Assembly: GCA_964485625.1 (NCBI GenBank)
Contig: CAZAJM010000001.1
Location: 29,803 to 93,802, forward strand
DNA: 64,000 bases
DNA from: an uncultured Candidatus Saccharibacteria bacterium
GTDB lineage: Bacteria > Patescibacteriota > UBA1384 > JAGGWG01 > CAZAJM01
Reading direction: 5' to 3'
Position 1 is the first letter of the stretch, and each line of letters begins with the position of its first letter. Made by a program: the position numbers and the translations under genes. This document shows, one piece after another, positions 45,563 to 53,900 of this stretch. The notes beneath the pieces were generated by a model that worked only from the letters and a program-made list of their open reading frames with translations, made no database searches and was not told the origin of the DNA.

Positions 45563-45874
45563 ATGTCTAAACCAAAAGTAGGGTTTAATAAAGAGAACAT
45601 CGACAAATGTATCTGCCCAGATTGTCCGGTTCAGGGAGAGTGTATGGAAGAGGCAAGGGCTAAGCTAAAAGTGAAGAAAGAAAAGGGTGTCAAACCGGAA
45701 CCAAAAGATTTAAAGCCAATTGGTATGTACTGCGCTCAGGCGGTAGGAACAACGAGTTGTGACGATTTGGATGAAGACAAAGGTTGTATCTGCCCCAGCT
45801 GTCCGCTCTGGAGTGAGAACGACTTACAAGAAACTTACTACTGTTTTAAAGAAGAGGCCGATAGAACTAAATAG
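45563..45874 (+). CDS. Small Cys-rich protein with duplicated CICPxCP motif (DUF2769-like)
   Basis: CICPDCPVQGEC and CICPSCPLWSEN are repeated. 103 aa. Confidence 0.45.
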   Translation: MSKPKVGFNKENIDKCICPDCPVQGECMEEARAKLKVKKEKGVKPEPKDLKPIGMYCAQAVGTTSCDDLDEDKGCICPSCPLWSENDLQETYYCFKEEADRTK

Positions 45875-46068
45875 CTCTTATCAGAGGCTACTTAGTTTGT
45901 AGCGAAAGTTGATAAGTACAATTAGAAACAAAGCTATATCAATATACGCTAGAGTTAGTTTGAAGTTTCTTAAGTTTGAGTATATAGGCGTAATACATAA
46001 ATCTGTTTTACATTGAGCCCTACTTCGCAAAAGCTTGGCAGGGCTATTTTATACCTAACTAATGAATA

Positions 46069-46142
46069 GGTGACCGACGGGAATCGAACCCGCATCGCCG
46101 ACGCCACAGGTCGGAGTTCTAAGCCATTGAACTACGGCCACC
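46069..46142 (-). tRNA. tRNA-His (anticodon GTG) with encoded G-1
   Basis: Minus strand reads G-GTGGCCGTAGTTCAATGGC...CCGACCTGTGGCGTCGG...GGGTTCGATTCCCGTCGGTCAC-C. An 8-bp acceptor stem including G-1:C73 is the hallmark of tRNA-His. Confidence 0.8.
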
Positions 46143-46150
46143 ATAAATAT

Positions 46151-46501
46151 CTAACAAATTTTACTACCCGGTTTAATTTTGTCTTTTGGGGTTATCAATT
46201 TCACATTACCATCTTTATCCTCAGCGCAGAGAAGCATGCCTTCTGATTTTTCTCCGGCAAACTCAGCTTCTTCTAGGTTTACTAACACAACAATCTCTTT
46301 ATCTTCTAACTCACTTTGTTTGTAGTAGGGTGCTAAGCCAGAGACAATCTGAATCTGATTATCTTCACCAATATCTACTTGAAGCTTATATAGCTTATCA
46401 GTATTTTCTACTCTCTCTACTTTATTTACTTTACCAACTCGTATATCCAGTTCTTGCCACTTATCAAATGGTATTTTATTCATATATGGGGATTGTAGCA
46501 A
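46151..46501 (-). CDS. tRNA-binding OB-fold protein (CsaA/Trbp111/Myf domain)
   Basis: LDIRVGKV..VE...KLYKLQVDIGE...IVSGLA...LVNLEEAEFAGEKSEGML is a tRNA_bind domain. 116 aa. Confidence 0.8.
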   Translation of the reverse strand: MLQSPYMNKIPFDKWQELDIRVGKVNKVERVENTDKLYKLQVDIGEDNQIQIVSGLAPYYKQSELEDKEIVVLVNLEEAEFAGEKSEGMLLCAEDKDGNVKLITPKDKIKPGSKIC

Positions 46502-46516
46502 GAATTAGGGTTAATT

Positions 46517-47398
46517 TCAACCCTTATTAATAATACCTATAAAATCCTGCTTAAACTTAGCTTCATCTATATCAACAGCTACATTTATTTGGCTACCGTC
46601 TTTACTGATTTCCGTTTTACCTCTTTTTTCTCCACTAGTGGTAACAGTTAATTTAGTGTTTTCGGTTCTGTAGGCTTGTTTGTTAATTAGATAATAGACT
46701 GTTAGGGGATCGTACATTGGCGCACCATTGATGCCTTGTTTGTGATTGTTTTTGATATACTCTCTAACGATATTGGTAACTAATTCTCTAAGATCCTTAT
46801 CCTTAATTCTTCTAAAAAATTTCTCTTTTAAAATAACTTGATGACAGACTTTTAGTGGGACCAAGGTTTTTTTAATTTTTGAGTTAAAAACAATTTGGGT
46901 TGCTTCTGGGTCTACATAGATATTAAACTCTGCTTCGGGGGTGATATTGCCAGGAGAGTTCACCGCTCCTCCCATGATAATAATCTGGTTGATCTGGTTC
47001 TCTAGCTCAGGCGAGGTTTTTAGTATTTCAGCAATGTTGGTTAGAGGCCCCAGAGTAACAATTGTATTAATATTTTGCTTCTCTATAGTTGATATTATCT
47101 TGGCAATATTTGAGCTAATATTAACTGGCTTAATATCAATAGTGCCAAGCCCGTTTTTGCCATGAACCGGAGCGGTAACCAAATCATTCTCAAGTGGTTT
47201 TTGGGCCCCTGGAATTGGTTTAATCCCACTCTTTAGCTTTGAAAGTAGATATTGGGCATTGGCTTGAGCTTGGCCCAGGCCAACATTGCCGGCGACAGTG
47301 CTAATAGCTTTAATATCTAAATTGCTTTTTAGAGCCAGGATTAAGGCTAGAGCGTCATCTATGCCCGGATCTGTATCAATTATAATTCTTTCATTCAT
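46517..47398 (-). CDS. Inosine-uridine-preferring nucleoside hydrolase (IU-NH)
   Basis: N-terminal IIIDTDPGIDDALALILAL (DxDxxxDD) motif. 293 aa. Confidence 0.85.
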   Translation of the reverse strand: MNERIIIDTDPGIDDALALILALKSNLDIKAISTVAGNVGLGQAQANAQYLLSKLKSGIKPIPGAQKPLENDLVTAPVHGKNGLGTIDIKPVNISSNIAKIISTIEKQNINTIVTLGPLTNIAEILKTSPELENQINQIIIMGGAVNSPGNITPEAEFNIYVDPEATQIVFNSKIKKTLVPLKVCHQVILKEKFFRRIKDKDLRELVTNIVREYIKNNHKQGINGAPMYDPLTVYYLINKQAYRTENTKLTVTTSGEKRGKTEISKDGSQINVAVDIDEAKFKQDFIGIINKG

Positions 47399-47457
47399 TA
47401 GCTATATTATATCAGAAAAAAAAGGAGGTTCATAATTGAACCCCTATAACTACCTTG

Positions 47458-47532
47458 TGGAGCGGGTGACGGGGGTCGAACCCGTATTGCGAGATTGGAA
47501 ATCTCGAGTAATAGCCATTATACCACACCCGC
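47458..47532 (-). tRNA. tRNA-Gly (anticodon TCC) with encoded CCA
   Basis: Minus strand GCGGGTGTGGTATAATGGCTATTACTCGAGATTTCCAATCTCGCAATACGGGTTCGACCCCCGTCACCCGCTCCA. Anticodon loop TTTCCAA. Confidence 0.8.
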
Positions 47533-47625
47533 GCGTCCGCTAAATTTGTTCTAAAACTGACTTAATCCAGCCCATAATTTTACGATGTAATTTTACACCA
47601 AGGTCCGGGTTATTGCAAGCCTTGG

Positions 47626-48546
47626 CTAATATGATTTTCTCTCCCAAGCACTATTAACTAAGGTCTTTAAGAACTCTTTGAATGAGTAACCGGCTGCTTG
47701 AGCTGATTTGGGCAGTAAGCTTTCATCTGTCATGCCCGGGATTGTGTTGATCTCTAAAATATATGGTCGGTCTTCATTATCTACCATAAAATCAACCCTA
47801 GCAAAATCTCTGGCTCCGACTAGCTTGAATACTTTTTTGGCTAGTTTCTGAACCTGTTTGGCTAGTTTCTTATCAATTGGTGCCGGTACTATCTCTTCTG
47901 TGCTACCATCATATTTAGCCTGATAATCAAAGAAGCCATTTTTAGGTACTATCTTAATAACGGCTAGGGCTTTAGTCTCTCCTGTTTCTTCCATCACTCC
48001 TACGGTTAGCTCCATGCCTTTAATCTCTTCTTCAATATGAACAATATCATCAAACTCAGAAGCTTCTCTAACTGCTTCTTTTAAGGTTTTACTGTCTTTA
48101 GCCAGACTTACTCCTAGACTAGAACCCTCTTTGTTGGGTTTGATAAACCAAGGCGGATTAAAGCTAGGTAGAGTTATTGGTTTGTTCTTGTTTACCAGTT
48201 TAGTCTTAGGGTAGGGCAGACCTTCAGACTTTAAAAGTTTTTTAAATACTTTTTTGTCAATGCCAATGGCTGAGGCTAGTACTCCAGAGCCGATATATGG
48301 AATATTTAGTAGTTCTAAAAAACCCTGGATTGTCCCATCTTCTCCTAGCCGACCGTGGAGTATAGGGAAGGCTATGTCGATACTATCTTTATCATCAATT
48401 AATTTCTCTAAATCATCTTTGGGATCATAGACCTCTAGATTAAACTCGTCTTTTAGGGCTTTTTCTACCTGTTGGCCTGACTTTAAAGAGACCTCTCTTT
48501 CTCTAGAGACACCACCATAAATTAGAGCTAAGTTAATGTTTTTCAT
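47626..48546 (-). CDS. ddl: D-alanine--D-alanine ligase
   Basis: MKNINLALIYGGVSREREVS N-terminus. ATP-grasp central domain, EINTIPGMT C-terminal motif. The track ORF extends to 48621 and would overlap the upstream gene, so the Met at 48546 is preferred. Confidence 0.85.
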   Translation of the reverse strand: MKNINLALIYGGVSREREVSLKSGQQVEKALKDEFNLEVYDPKDDLEKLIDDKDSIDIAFPILHGRLGEDGTIQGFLELLNIPYIGSGVLASAIGIDKKVFKKLLKSEGLPYPKTKLVNKNKPITLPSFNPPWFIKPNKEGSSLGVSLAKDSKTLKEAVREASEFDDIVHIEEEIKGMELTVGVMEETGETKALAVIKIVPKNGFFDYQAKYDGSTEEIVPAPIDKKLAKQVQKLAKKVFKLVGARDFARVDFMVDNEDRPYILEINTIPGMTDESLLPKSAQAAGYSFKEFLKTLVNSAWERKSY

Positions 48547-49276
48547 AACCGGTAAAGTTCTCTGATTTGATATTGGCATCGTTGACTCCGGCTTTTTTGA
48601 CTTCTTTCTCGACTGCTCCAACCATGCCTGGTGGGCCGGCTATCATGAAGTAGTAGTTGTCTAATTTGGTAAAGTAATCTGTTATAAACTCTTTGTCTAT
48701 TCTCCTGCTCTCCTCTTGCCACTTATTTGATGAGGTCATAGTAAAAATTACATTCAGATTATCCATCTGATCGTTGAGTTCTTTTAGTCTATCAAAGTAT
48801 ACAGTCGACTCTTGGTCTCGGTTGGAGTAAACAAGTTCTATCTCATAGTCTAGGTTTTGGTTTTTAACATGCTCAATCATTGACTTAAAAGGTGTGATAC
48901 CAATGCCCCCAGCGATAAAGACTAGAGTTTTATCGATTTTACCCGGCAGAGTAAAAGTGCCGGCGACATTATCTATCTCCACCTCTTCTCCAATTTCAAG
49001 TTTCTCCAAGGCCTGTTTGTACGGACTACCTGTTAGGCGGGTGGCCATAGTGATGGTTTGGCTGTTTTCAGGCGGGTTGACAATAGAGAAATGTTTACGG
49101 TTCCCTCCTTTAATTTCTTTGAACATGCGCAAGAAAAAGTACTGGCCGGCCTCAAAGTCAATTTTTTTCTCAAGCTTAAAAGTAAGCTCTAAGGTTCTTT
49201 TGGCAACTAGATTTTTGTTTTTCAGCTTTGCTTTCATATTTAAGATTATTATCTCAATTTGACCGTCTTCTGTCAA
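48533..49276 (-). CDS. Ferredoxin-NADP(+)-reductase-like FAD/NAD(P)-binding oxidoreductase
   Basis: RxFS FAD motif (RKHFSIVN) and GGIGITP NAD(P)-binding motif. 247 aa; the start may be the Met at 49237. Confidence 0.65.
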   Translation of the reverse strand: MTEDGQIEIIILNMKAKLKNKNLVAKRTLELTFKLEKKIDFEAGQYFFLRMFKEIKGGNRKHFSIVNPPENSQTITMATRLTGSPYKQALEKLEIGEEVEIDNVAGTFTLPGKIDKTLVFIAGGIGITPFKSMIEHVKNQNLDYEIELVYSNRDQESTVYFDRLKELNDQMDNLNVIFTMTSSNKWQEESRRIDKEFITDYFTKLDNYYFMIAGPPGMVGAVEKEVKKAGVNDANIKSENFTGYEKH

Positions 49277-49356
49277 TTGACTAATAATTTCTAGGTAATA
49301 TCATTAACAAAGTAGCGTAGCTTGACATGTAGTGCAGTGAGGAAGGAGGAGTGAGG

Positions 49357-49950
49357 ATGGCTGGTGAAGGTGTAGCTTTAAGACATTGTTTGGGATTATT
49401 TGATCTGAGTATAGAAGATCTTTTTGTGATAAAGCGCAATAAAGAGAAAACTGACCCAGATGTATTGAGTAAATTCGCAAAATTTTTGAGTTGGTTAAGC
49501 AGACACTTCATTAGTTTTACCAGTGAAGATGGGAAAAAAGATTGCAATGATGAAGATTTTGCTTTCCGAATGAATGTTTTTGTTTCTTTAGTGAGGCTGG
49601 CCCCTCAGGGAAGGTGTATTGGTTTTGGTGGTGTGGTTAATCAAATAGAAGAAGAGCTGGATCATGATGGTAGTATATCTAGCAGGGTGATAAGTATAGC
49701 TATTGGAAGACTGACTAAGAGATATGAAGATAGTAGTAAGGGGGTAAGTCCTTCTAAAATGAGAGAATTTGTTCAAAATTTAATTATTGTTTATGCTGTA
49801 TTTAGGTATCTTAAGAGTTTTTTTTATCCATTAAGAAGTATTAACGAGATTGAAGAAAGTGAAAAAAAGAAGTTAATTCTAAAAATGATTGCCTTAATAA
49901 ATGCACTACTAGAAGGAGCTGGTTTATCGACGTCGCTTTTTAAAGGGTAG
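49357..49950 (+). CDS. Hypothetical protein
   Basis: ORF preceded by a GGAGGAG RBS. No motif. Confidence 0.4.
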   Translation: MAGEGVALRHCLGLFDLSIEDLFVIKRNKEKTDPDVLSKFAKFLSWLSRHFISFTSEDGKKDCNDEDFAFRMNVFVSLVRLAPQGRCIGFGGVVNQIEEELDHDGSISSRVISIAIGRLTKRYEDSSKGVSPSKMREFVQNLIIVYAVFRYLKSFFYPLRSINEIEESEKKKLILKMIALINALLEGAGLSTSLFKG

Positions 49951-49986
49951 TATGCCCAATATTTAGCCGCGTCTTTTTTTTAACAA

Positions 49987-51156
49987 TTACCTAATTTTAT
50001 CAATCTTTCTTTTGGAGAACTTTTTGGCAAATCGGTGGGCTTCGTCTCTTACTTTCTGAAAAACTCTCTTGTTGCCTTTAATAATCTTTTTTAGATCTTT
50101 GTCTAGGTTTTTAAAGATAAGCTTATCTTTATTATCCCTGCCTTTAGCTAGGCCTACTACGGGTATACCCAAGCTATTTTGTTTGACTATCTGGAAAGCT
50201 TGATTTACCTGGCCTCTACCGCCATCAATTAGAATAATATCAGGAAAGGGCCACTCATTGTGCTTGACTCTTCTAGCTAGAACCTCTTTTAGAGCGCCAA
50301 CATCGTCTTTTTGTTTGGCCTTTTTTATCTTAAAAAGCCGATAATCTTGCTTGCTTGGTTTATTGTTCTCAAAAACTACCATCGAGCCGTATGTTCCTTT
50401 GCCGGCAAAATGAGATATATCATAACCCTCTATTCTCATAAACTCAGTCGCTAGGTGTTCGCCAATACTTTCTCTGCTAATTAGAGCACTGTCTCGGACT
50501 TGTTTTAAACTCTCTATTTTTTCCGGATTTCCTTTTTTCAATCTTTTGTAAAGCCTCTTCTTCTCCCCTCTTAAGAATAGACGCAGGTTTTTAATGTTTC
50601 TTTGGTACTCTTGCTTGCTAACACTATCTGTACAAGCGCCGGGGCAGAGTCCAATCTGGCTATGAAAACAAGGTCGACCTAAATCTGGCTTATTACAATA
50701 GGGGAAAATTTTTCTAAGCATCTCTAGAGCATCTCTGGCAATACTATAGGTTCTATATGGCCCAAAAATGCTAAAGTTTCGGCTAGGATATTTTTTGATA
50801 AACTGCCCTCTAATAATGAAGGGGGCCGGGTAATCTTGGTAATTTAGTTTCGGGATAGCGATATAGGCAAAAGATTTATTGTCTTTACCTTTAACATTAA
50901 AAAATGGCCAATGTTTTTTGATTAGATTAGTTTCCAACATCAACGCTTCCAGAACAGAGTCAGAAACGATATGATCTATTTTGCTAGATTGATTAAGTAG
51001 TTGCTGGACCTTGCTGTTATCGTTGTAGAAATAGCTCATTACCCGGCTACGTAAGTTGCCAGCTTTGCCAATATAAAGGATATCTTCTTTTGATTTAAAG
51101 AGATAGACTCCTGGCTTCTCAGGTAAATTTTTGGCTTGTTCTTTTAAAGTTTTCAT
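49987..51156 (-). CDS. uvrC: Excinuclease ABC subunit C, compact form (GIY-YIG + RNase-H-like endonuclease; no UVR or (HhH)2 region)
   Basis: GIY-YIG N-terminus (GVYLFKSKEDILYIGKAGNLRSRV). C-terminal IDGGRGQV motif (cf. E. coli IDGGKGQL). Only 389 aa. Confidence 0.8.
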   Translation of the reverse strand: MKTLKEQAKNLPEKPGVYLFKSKEDILYIGKAGNLRSRVMSYFYNDNSKVQQLLNQSSKIDHIVSDSVLEALMLETNLIKKHWPFFNVKGKDNKSFAYIAIPKLNYQDYPAPFIIRGQFIKKYPSRNFSIFGPYRTYSIARDALEMLRKIFPYCNKPDLGRPCFHSQIGLCPGACTDSVSKQEYQRNIKNLRLFLRGEKKRLYKRLKKGNPEKIESLKQVRDSALISRESIGEHLATEFMRIEGYDISHFAGKGTYGSMVVFENNKPSKQDYRLFKIKKAKQKDDVGALKEVLARRVKHNEWPFPDIILIDGGRGQVNQAFQIVKQNSLGIPVVGLAKGRDNKDKLIFKNLDKDLKKIIKGNKRVFQKVRDEAHRFAKKFSKRKIDKIR

Positions 51157-51171
51157 ATTCTATCAATATTC

Positions 51172-51241
51172 GGTATTCGGAAGTCCGACCCGCCTGCCAA
51201 AGACTGAAGCTTTGCTGATGGCGGGCAGGCTTCCGAATATT
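51172..51241. repeat. GC-rich miniature repeat, copy D, nested inside the hairpin arms ATTCGGAAG...CTTCCGAAT
   Basis: attcggaagtccgacCCGCCTGCCaaagactgaagctttgctgaTGGCGGGCAGGcttccgaat. The core is the reverse-complement orientation of copy E. Confidence 0.6.
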
Positions 51242-51282
51242 ATTAATGATTTAATAGTAATTTATCAGGTTGTGTACAAAAT

Positions 51283-51309
51283 CGGAAGTCCGACTTCCGA
51301 TTTTAGGAA
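51283..51309. terminator. Perfect 13-bp-stem palindrome AAAATCGGAAGTC-CGA-GACTTCCGATTTT just 3' of uvrA; probable bidirectional intrinsic terminator and core-less relative of repeat D
   Basis: Inverted repeat read directly from the sequence. A/T runs on both sides. Confidence 0.6.
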
Positions 51310-53822
51310 AGTTCTTTTTTTAGGTATTTGGCGGTCTCTGATTCGTCGGTGTATTTGGCCACCTCTTTAGGTTGGCCTTCTACTACAACTTTGCCGCCTG
51401 ATTTGCCGCCATCCGGGCCTAAGTCGATTATCCAGTCGGCATTTTTAATTACATCTAAATTATGCTCAATAACCATGACTGAGTTGCCTCGATCAACCAG
51501 GGACTGAAGGACTTCTAGCAGCATCTCGACATCGTAGTAGTGTAGGCCGACGGTCGGTTCATCTAGCAAGTAGAGAGTATTACGTGAGTTTTTGGTAAGC
51601 TCTCTGGCTAGTTTAAGTCTTTGAGCCTCGCCGCCTGAAAGAGTGGTGGCAGACTGGCCTAGTTCTAAATAGCCCAAACCTACTTCTTTGAGCATTAGCA
51701 GCTTTTCGCTAATAGTTGGAATATCTTTAAAGAAACTGTAGGCCTCATCTATAGTCATCTTAAGTACTTGAGCGATATTCTTAGCTTCATATTTAATCTC
51801 AAGTGTCTCTTTGTTAAACCTCTTGCCTTTACAGATCTCACACTCTACTTCGACAGAAGGGAGAAAGTGAAGCTCAACCTCTTTGTAACCGGCTCCACTA
51901 CAAGCCTGGCATCTGCCCGCGTCGACATTAAAAGAGAATCTAGATTTAGAGTAACCTCTCTCTCGGCTAGCCTCTTGGTTGGCAAAGAGATCTCTAATTG
52001 GAGTGAAGGCACCTGAGTAAGTAGCAGGATTGGAGCGGCTCGATCGGCCGATTGGTGATTGATTGATCTCGACCATATTAACTAGCCTCTCACTGCCCTC
52101 AATTTTGCTCAAATTTGTAAGTTGGGGGTGATTGCCGGGGTCTTTCTTGAAGTACTTTGGTAGGTTCTTGGTAATAGTTTTAAAGAGGGTCGATTTGCCT
52201 GAGCCCGATACCCCAGTCAGAGTAACTAATTTACCTAAAGGCAACTCAATATCAATGTTTTTTAGGTTGTTGGCCGTGGCCCCTTTAAAAATTAGCTTAT
52301 CTTTAACTTTGGTTCTAACCTTATCTGTTTCTATCTCTTTCTTGCCTCTTAGATAGTTGAGAGTTAAAGTGGCTTCTTCTGAGTTTAAAAGCTCTTTGAC
52401 CTTACCACTGCTAACAATCTCGCCGCCCTGCTTGCCCGGGCCCGGGCCTAGATCGACTAGATAATCTGATTGTCTGATCACATTTGGATCATGTTCTACC
52501 ACAATAACGGTGTTGCCCAGATCTCGAATATTTTTTAAAGTGTTCATCAACCTGTTAGTATCACGGGCATGGAGACCGATGGTCGGCTCATCTAGAATGT
52601 AGAGAGCACCAGAGAGTTTAGAGCCCATTTGAGAAGCCAGTCTAATTCTTTGAGCTTCACCGCCAGCCAATGTTCCGGCCTTTCTGTCTAAGTTAAGATA
52701 GTCTAGCCCAACCTCTTCTAGAAAAGTTAGCCGAGAAATAATCTCTTCTAGTAGGTTATAGGCGATTTCAAACTGGGAGTTTTCTAGCTTGTTGGATAAC
52801 TTAGTAAAAAATTCCCCGGCCTGTTTAATAGTTAGGCTAGTAATCTCATCGATATTTTTACCTTCAATTTTAACCGATAGGGCTTCTTTGGAGAGCCGCT
52901 TGCCTTTACAGTCTGGGCAAGGTTTATCTGACCATTTATGAGTAGTGCCTAAACCCTCGCAAGTTGGGCAGGCGCCAAAAGGTGAGTTAAAAGAGAAGAG
53001 TCGGGGCTCAATTTCGGGGAAGGAGAAACCGTCTTTGGGACAGGTTCGTGAGGTTGAGAGCATCAGCTCCTTGGCTAGTTTTCCTCGATGGTCATCGGTG
53101 TAGTAGAGAACATTGACCAAGCCTTCAGAGAGCTCAATTGCCATCTCGACTGCCTCAAATAGTCTGGTCTGATCGACCATGTCGAGCTGATCGACTACAA
53201 TTTCAATAGTGTGGTTTTTGTAGCGTTCTAATCTAATTTGGTCATGTAGGCTGGCAAACTCACCATCGATGCGTGCCTCGTCAAAGCCTTTATTTAAGTG
53301 ATCATATAGTAGTTGATAATAGTCTCCTTTTCTACCTAAAACAACCGGGGAGGTAATGACCATCCGTTTGGCCTTAGACTCCTTGAAGTTTGTTTTTATG
53401 ATATCGACCATTTCGTCTGTAGATAGCTTCTCTATCTCATCGCCACATTCTAAGCAATATGGTTTACCAATCCGGGCATAGAGCACCCTCAAGTAGTCAT
53501 ATATCTCAGTTAAGGTAGCGACATTTGACCTAGGGTTGGAGGACATTGCTTTTTGGTTGATTGCTATAGCTGGGGAGAGGCCACTAATCTCATCTACTTC
53601 GGGTTTTTTCATCTCTCCCAGAAACTGCCGGGCGTAAGGAGAGAGAGATTCAATGTACCTTCTCTGGCCTTCGGCAAAGATAGTATCGAAAGCTAAAGAC
53701 GATTTACCCGAACCGGAGACTCCGGTAACGGCAATAATCTTATTTTTAGGCAGCTTAAGATCGATGTTTTTTAAGTTATGCATCCTAGCCCCTTTTATTG
53801 TAATAGTATCTTTTTCACTCAT
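51303..53822 (-). CDS. uvrA: Excinuclease ABC subunit A
   Basis: Two ABC modules (GVSGSGKSSLAF, GVSGSGKSTL) and zinc-finger CxxC pairs. 839 aa, shorter than the ~940-aa canonical form. Confidence 0.95.
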   Translation of the reverse strand: MSEKDTITIKGARMHNLKNIDLKLPKNKIIAVTGVSGSGKSSLAFDTIFAEGQRRYIESLSPYARQFLGEMKKPEVDEISGLSPAIAINQKAMSSNPRSNVATLTEIYDYLRVLYARIGKPYCLECGDEIEKLSTDEMVDIIKTNFKESKAKRMVITSPVVLGRKGDYYQLLYDHLNKGFDEARIDGEFASLHDQIRLERYKNHTIEIVVDQLDMVDQTRLFEAVEMAIELSEGLVNVLYYTDDHRGKLAKELMLSTSRTCPKDGFSFPEIEPRLFSFNSPFGACPTCEGLGTTHKWSDKPCPDCKGKRLSKEALSVKIEGKNIDEITSLTIKQAGEFFTKLSNKLENSQFEIAYNLLEEIISRLTFLEEVGLDYLNLDRKAGTLAGGEAQRIRLASQMGSKLSGALYILDEPTIGLHARDTNRLMNTLKNIRDLGNTVIVVEHDPNVIRQSDYLVDLGPGPGKQGGEIVSSGKVKELLNSEEATLTLNYLRGKKEIETDKVRTKVKDKLIFKGATANNLKNIDIELPLGKLVTLTGVSGSGKSTLFKTITKNLPKYFKKDPGNHPQLTNLSKIEGSERLVNMVEINQSPIGRSSRSNPATYSGAFTPIRDLFANQEASRERGYSKSRFSFNVDAGRCQACSGAGYKEVELHFLPSVEVECEICKGKRFNKETLEIKYEAKNIAQVLKMTIDEAYSFFKDIPTISEKLLMLKEVGLGYLELGQSATTLSGGEAQRLKLARELTKNSRNTLYLLDEPTVGLHYYDVEMLLEVLQSLVDRGNSVMVIEHNLDVIKNADWIIDLGPDGGKSGGKVVVEGQPKEVAKYTDESETAKYLKKELS

Positions 53823-53833
53823 GATATTTATCT

Positions 53834-53900
53834 AAATCGGAAGGCCTGCCCGCCATTGCCTACGGCTTCAGTCGTTGGCAGGCGGGTTACCTTCAGAATT
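53834..53900. repeat. GC-rich miniature repeat, copy E (CCTGCCCGCCATTGCCTACGGCTTCAGTCGTTGGCAGGCGGG at 53845-53886), flanked by TCGGAAGG/CCTTCAGA partial inverted arms
   Basis: Sits in the 45-nt uvrB-uvrA intergenic spacer. Termini CCTGCCCGCC/GGCAGGCGGG. Confidence 0.6.

Noticed and set aside
21925-46000. Short shared motif TATATAG(A/G)CGTAATACATA near tRNA-Asp (21920-21945) and tRNA-His (45965-45990)
   Set aside because: Only about 20-25 nt similar and AT-rich; it could be chance in a low-GC genome. Not reported as a repeat family without a genome-wide count.
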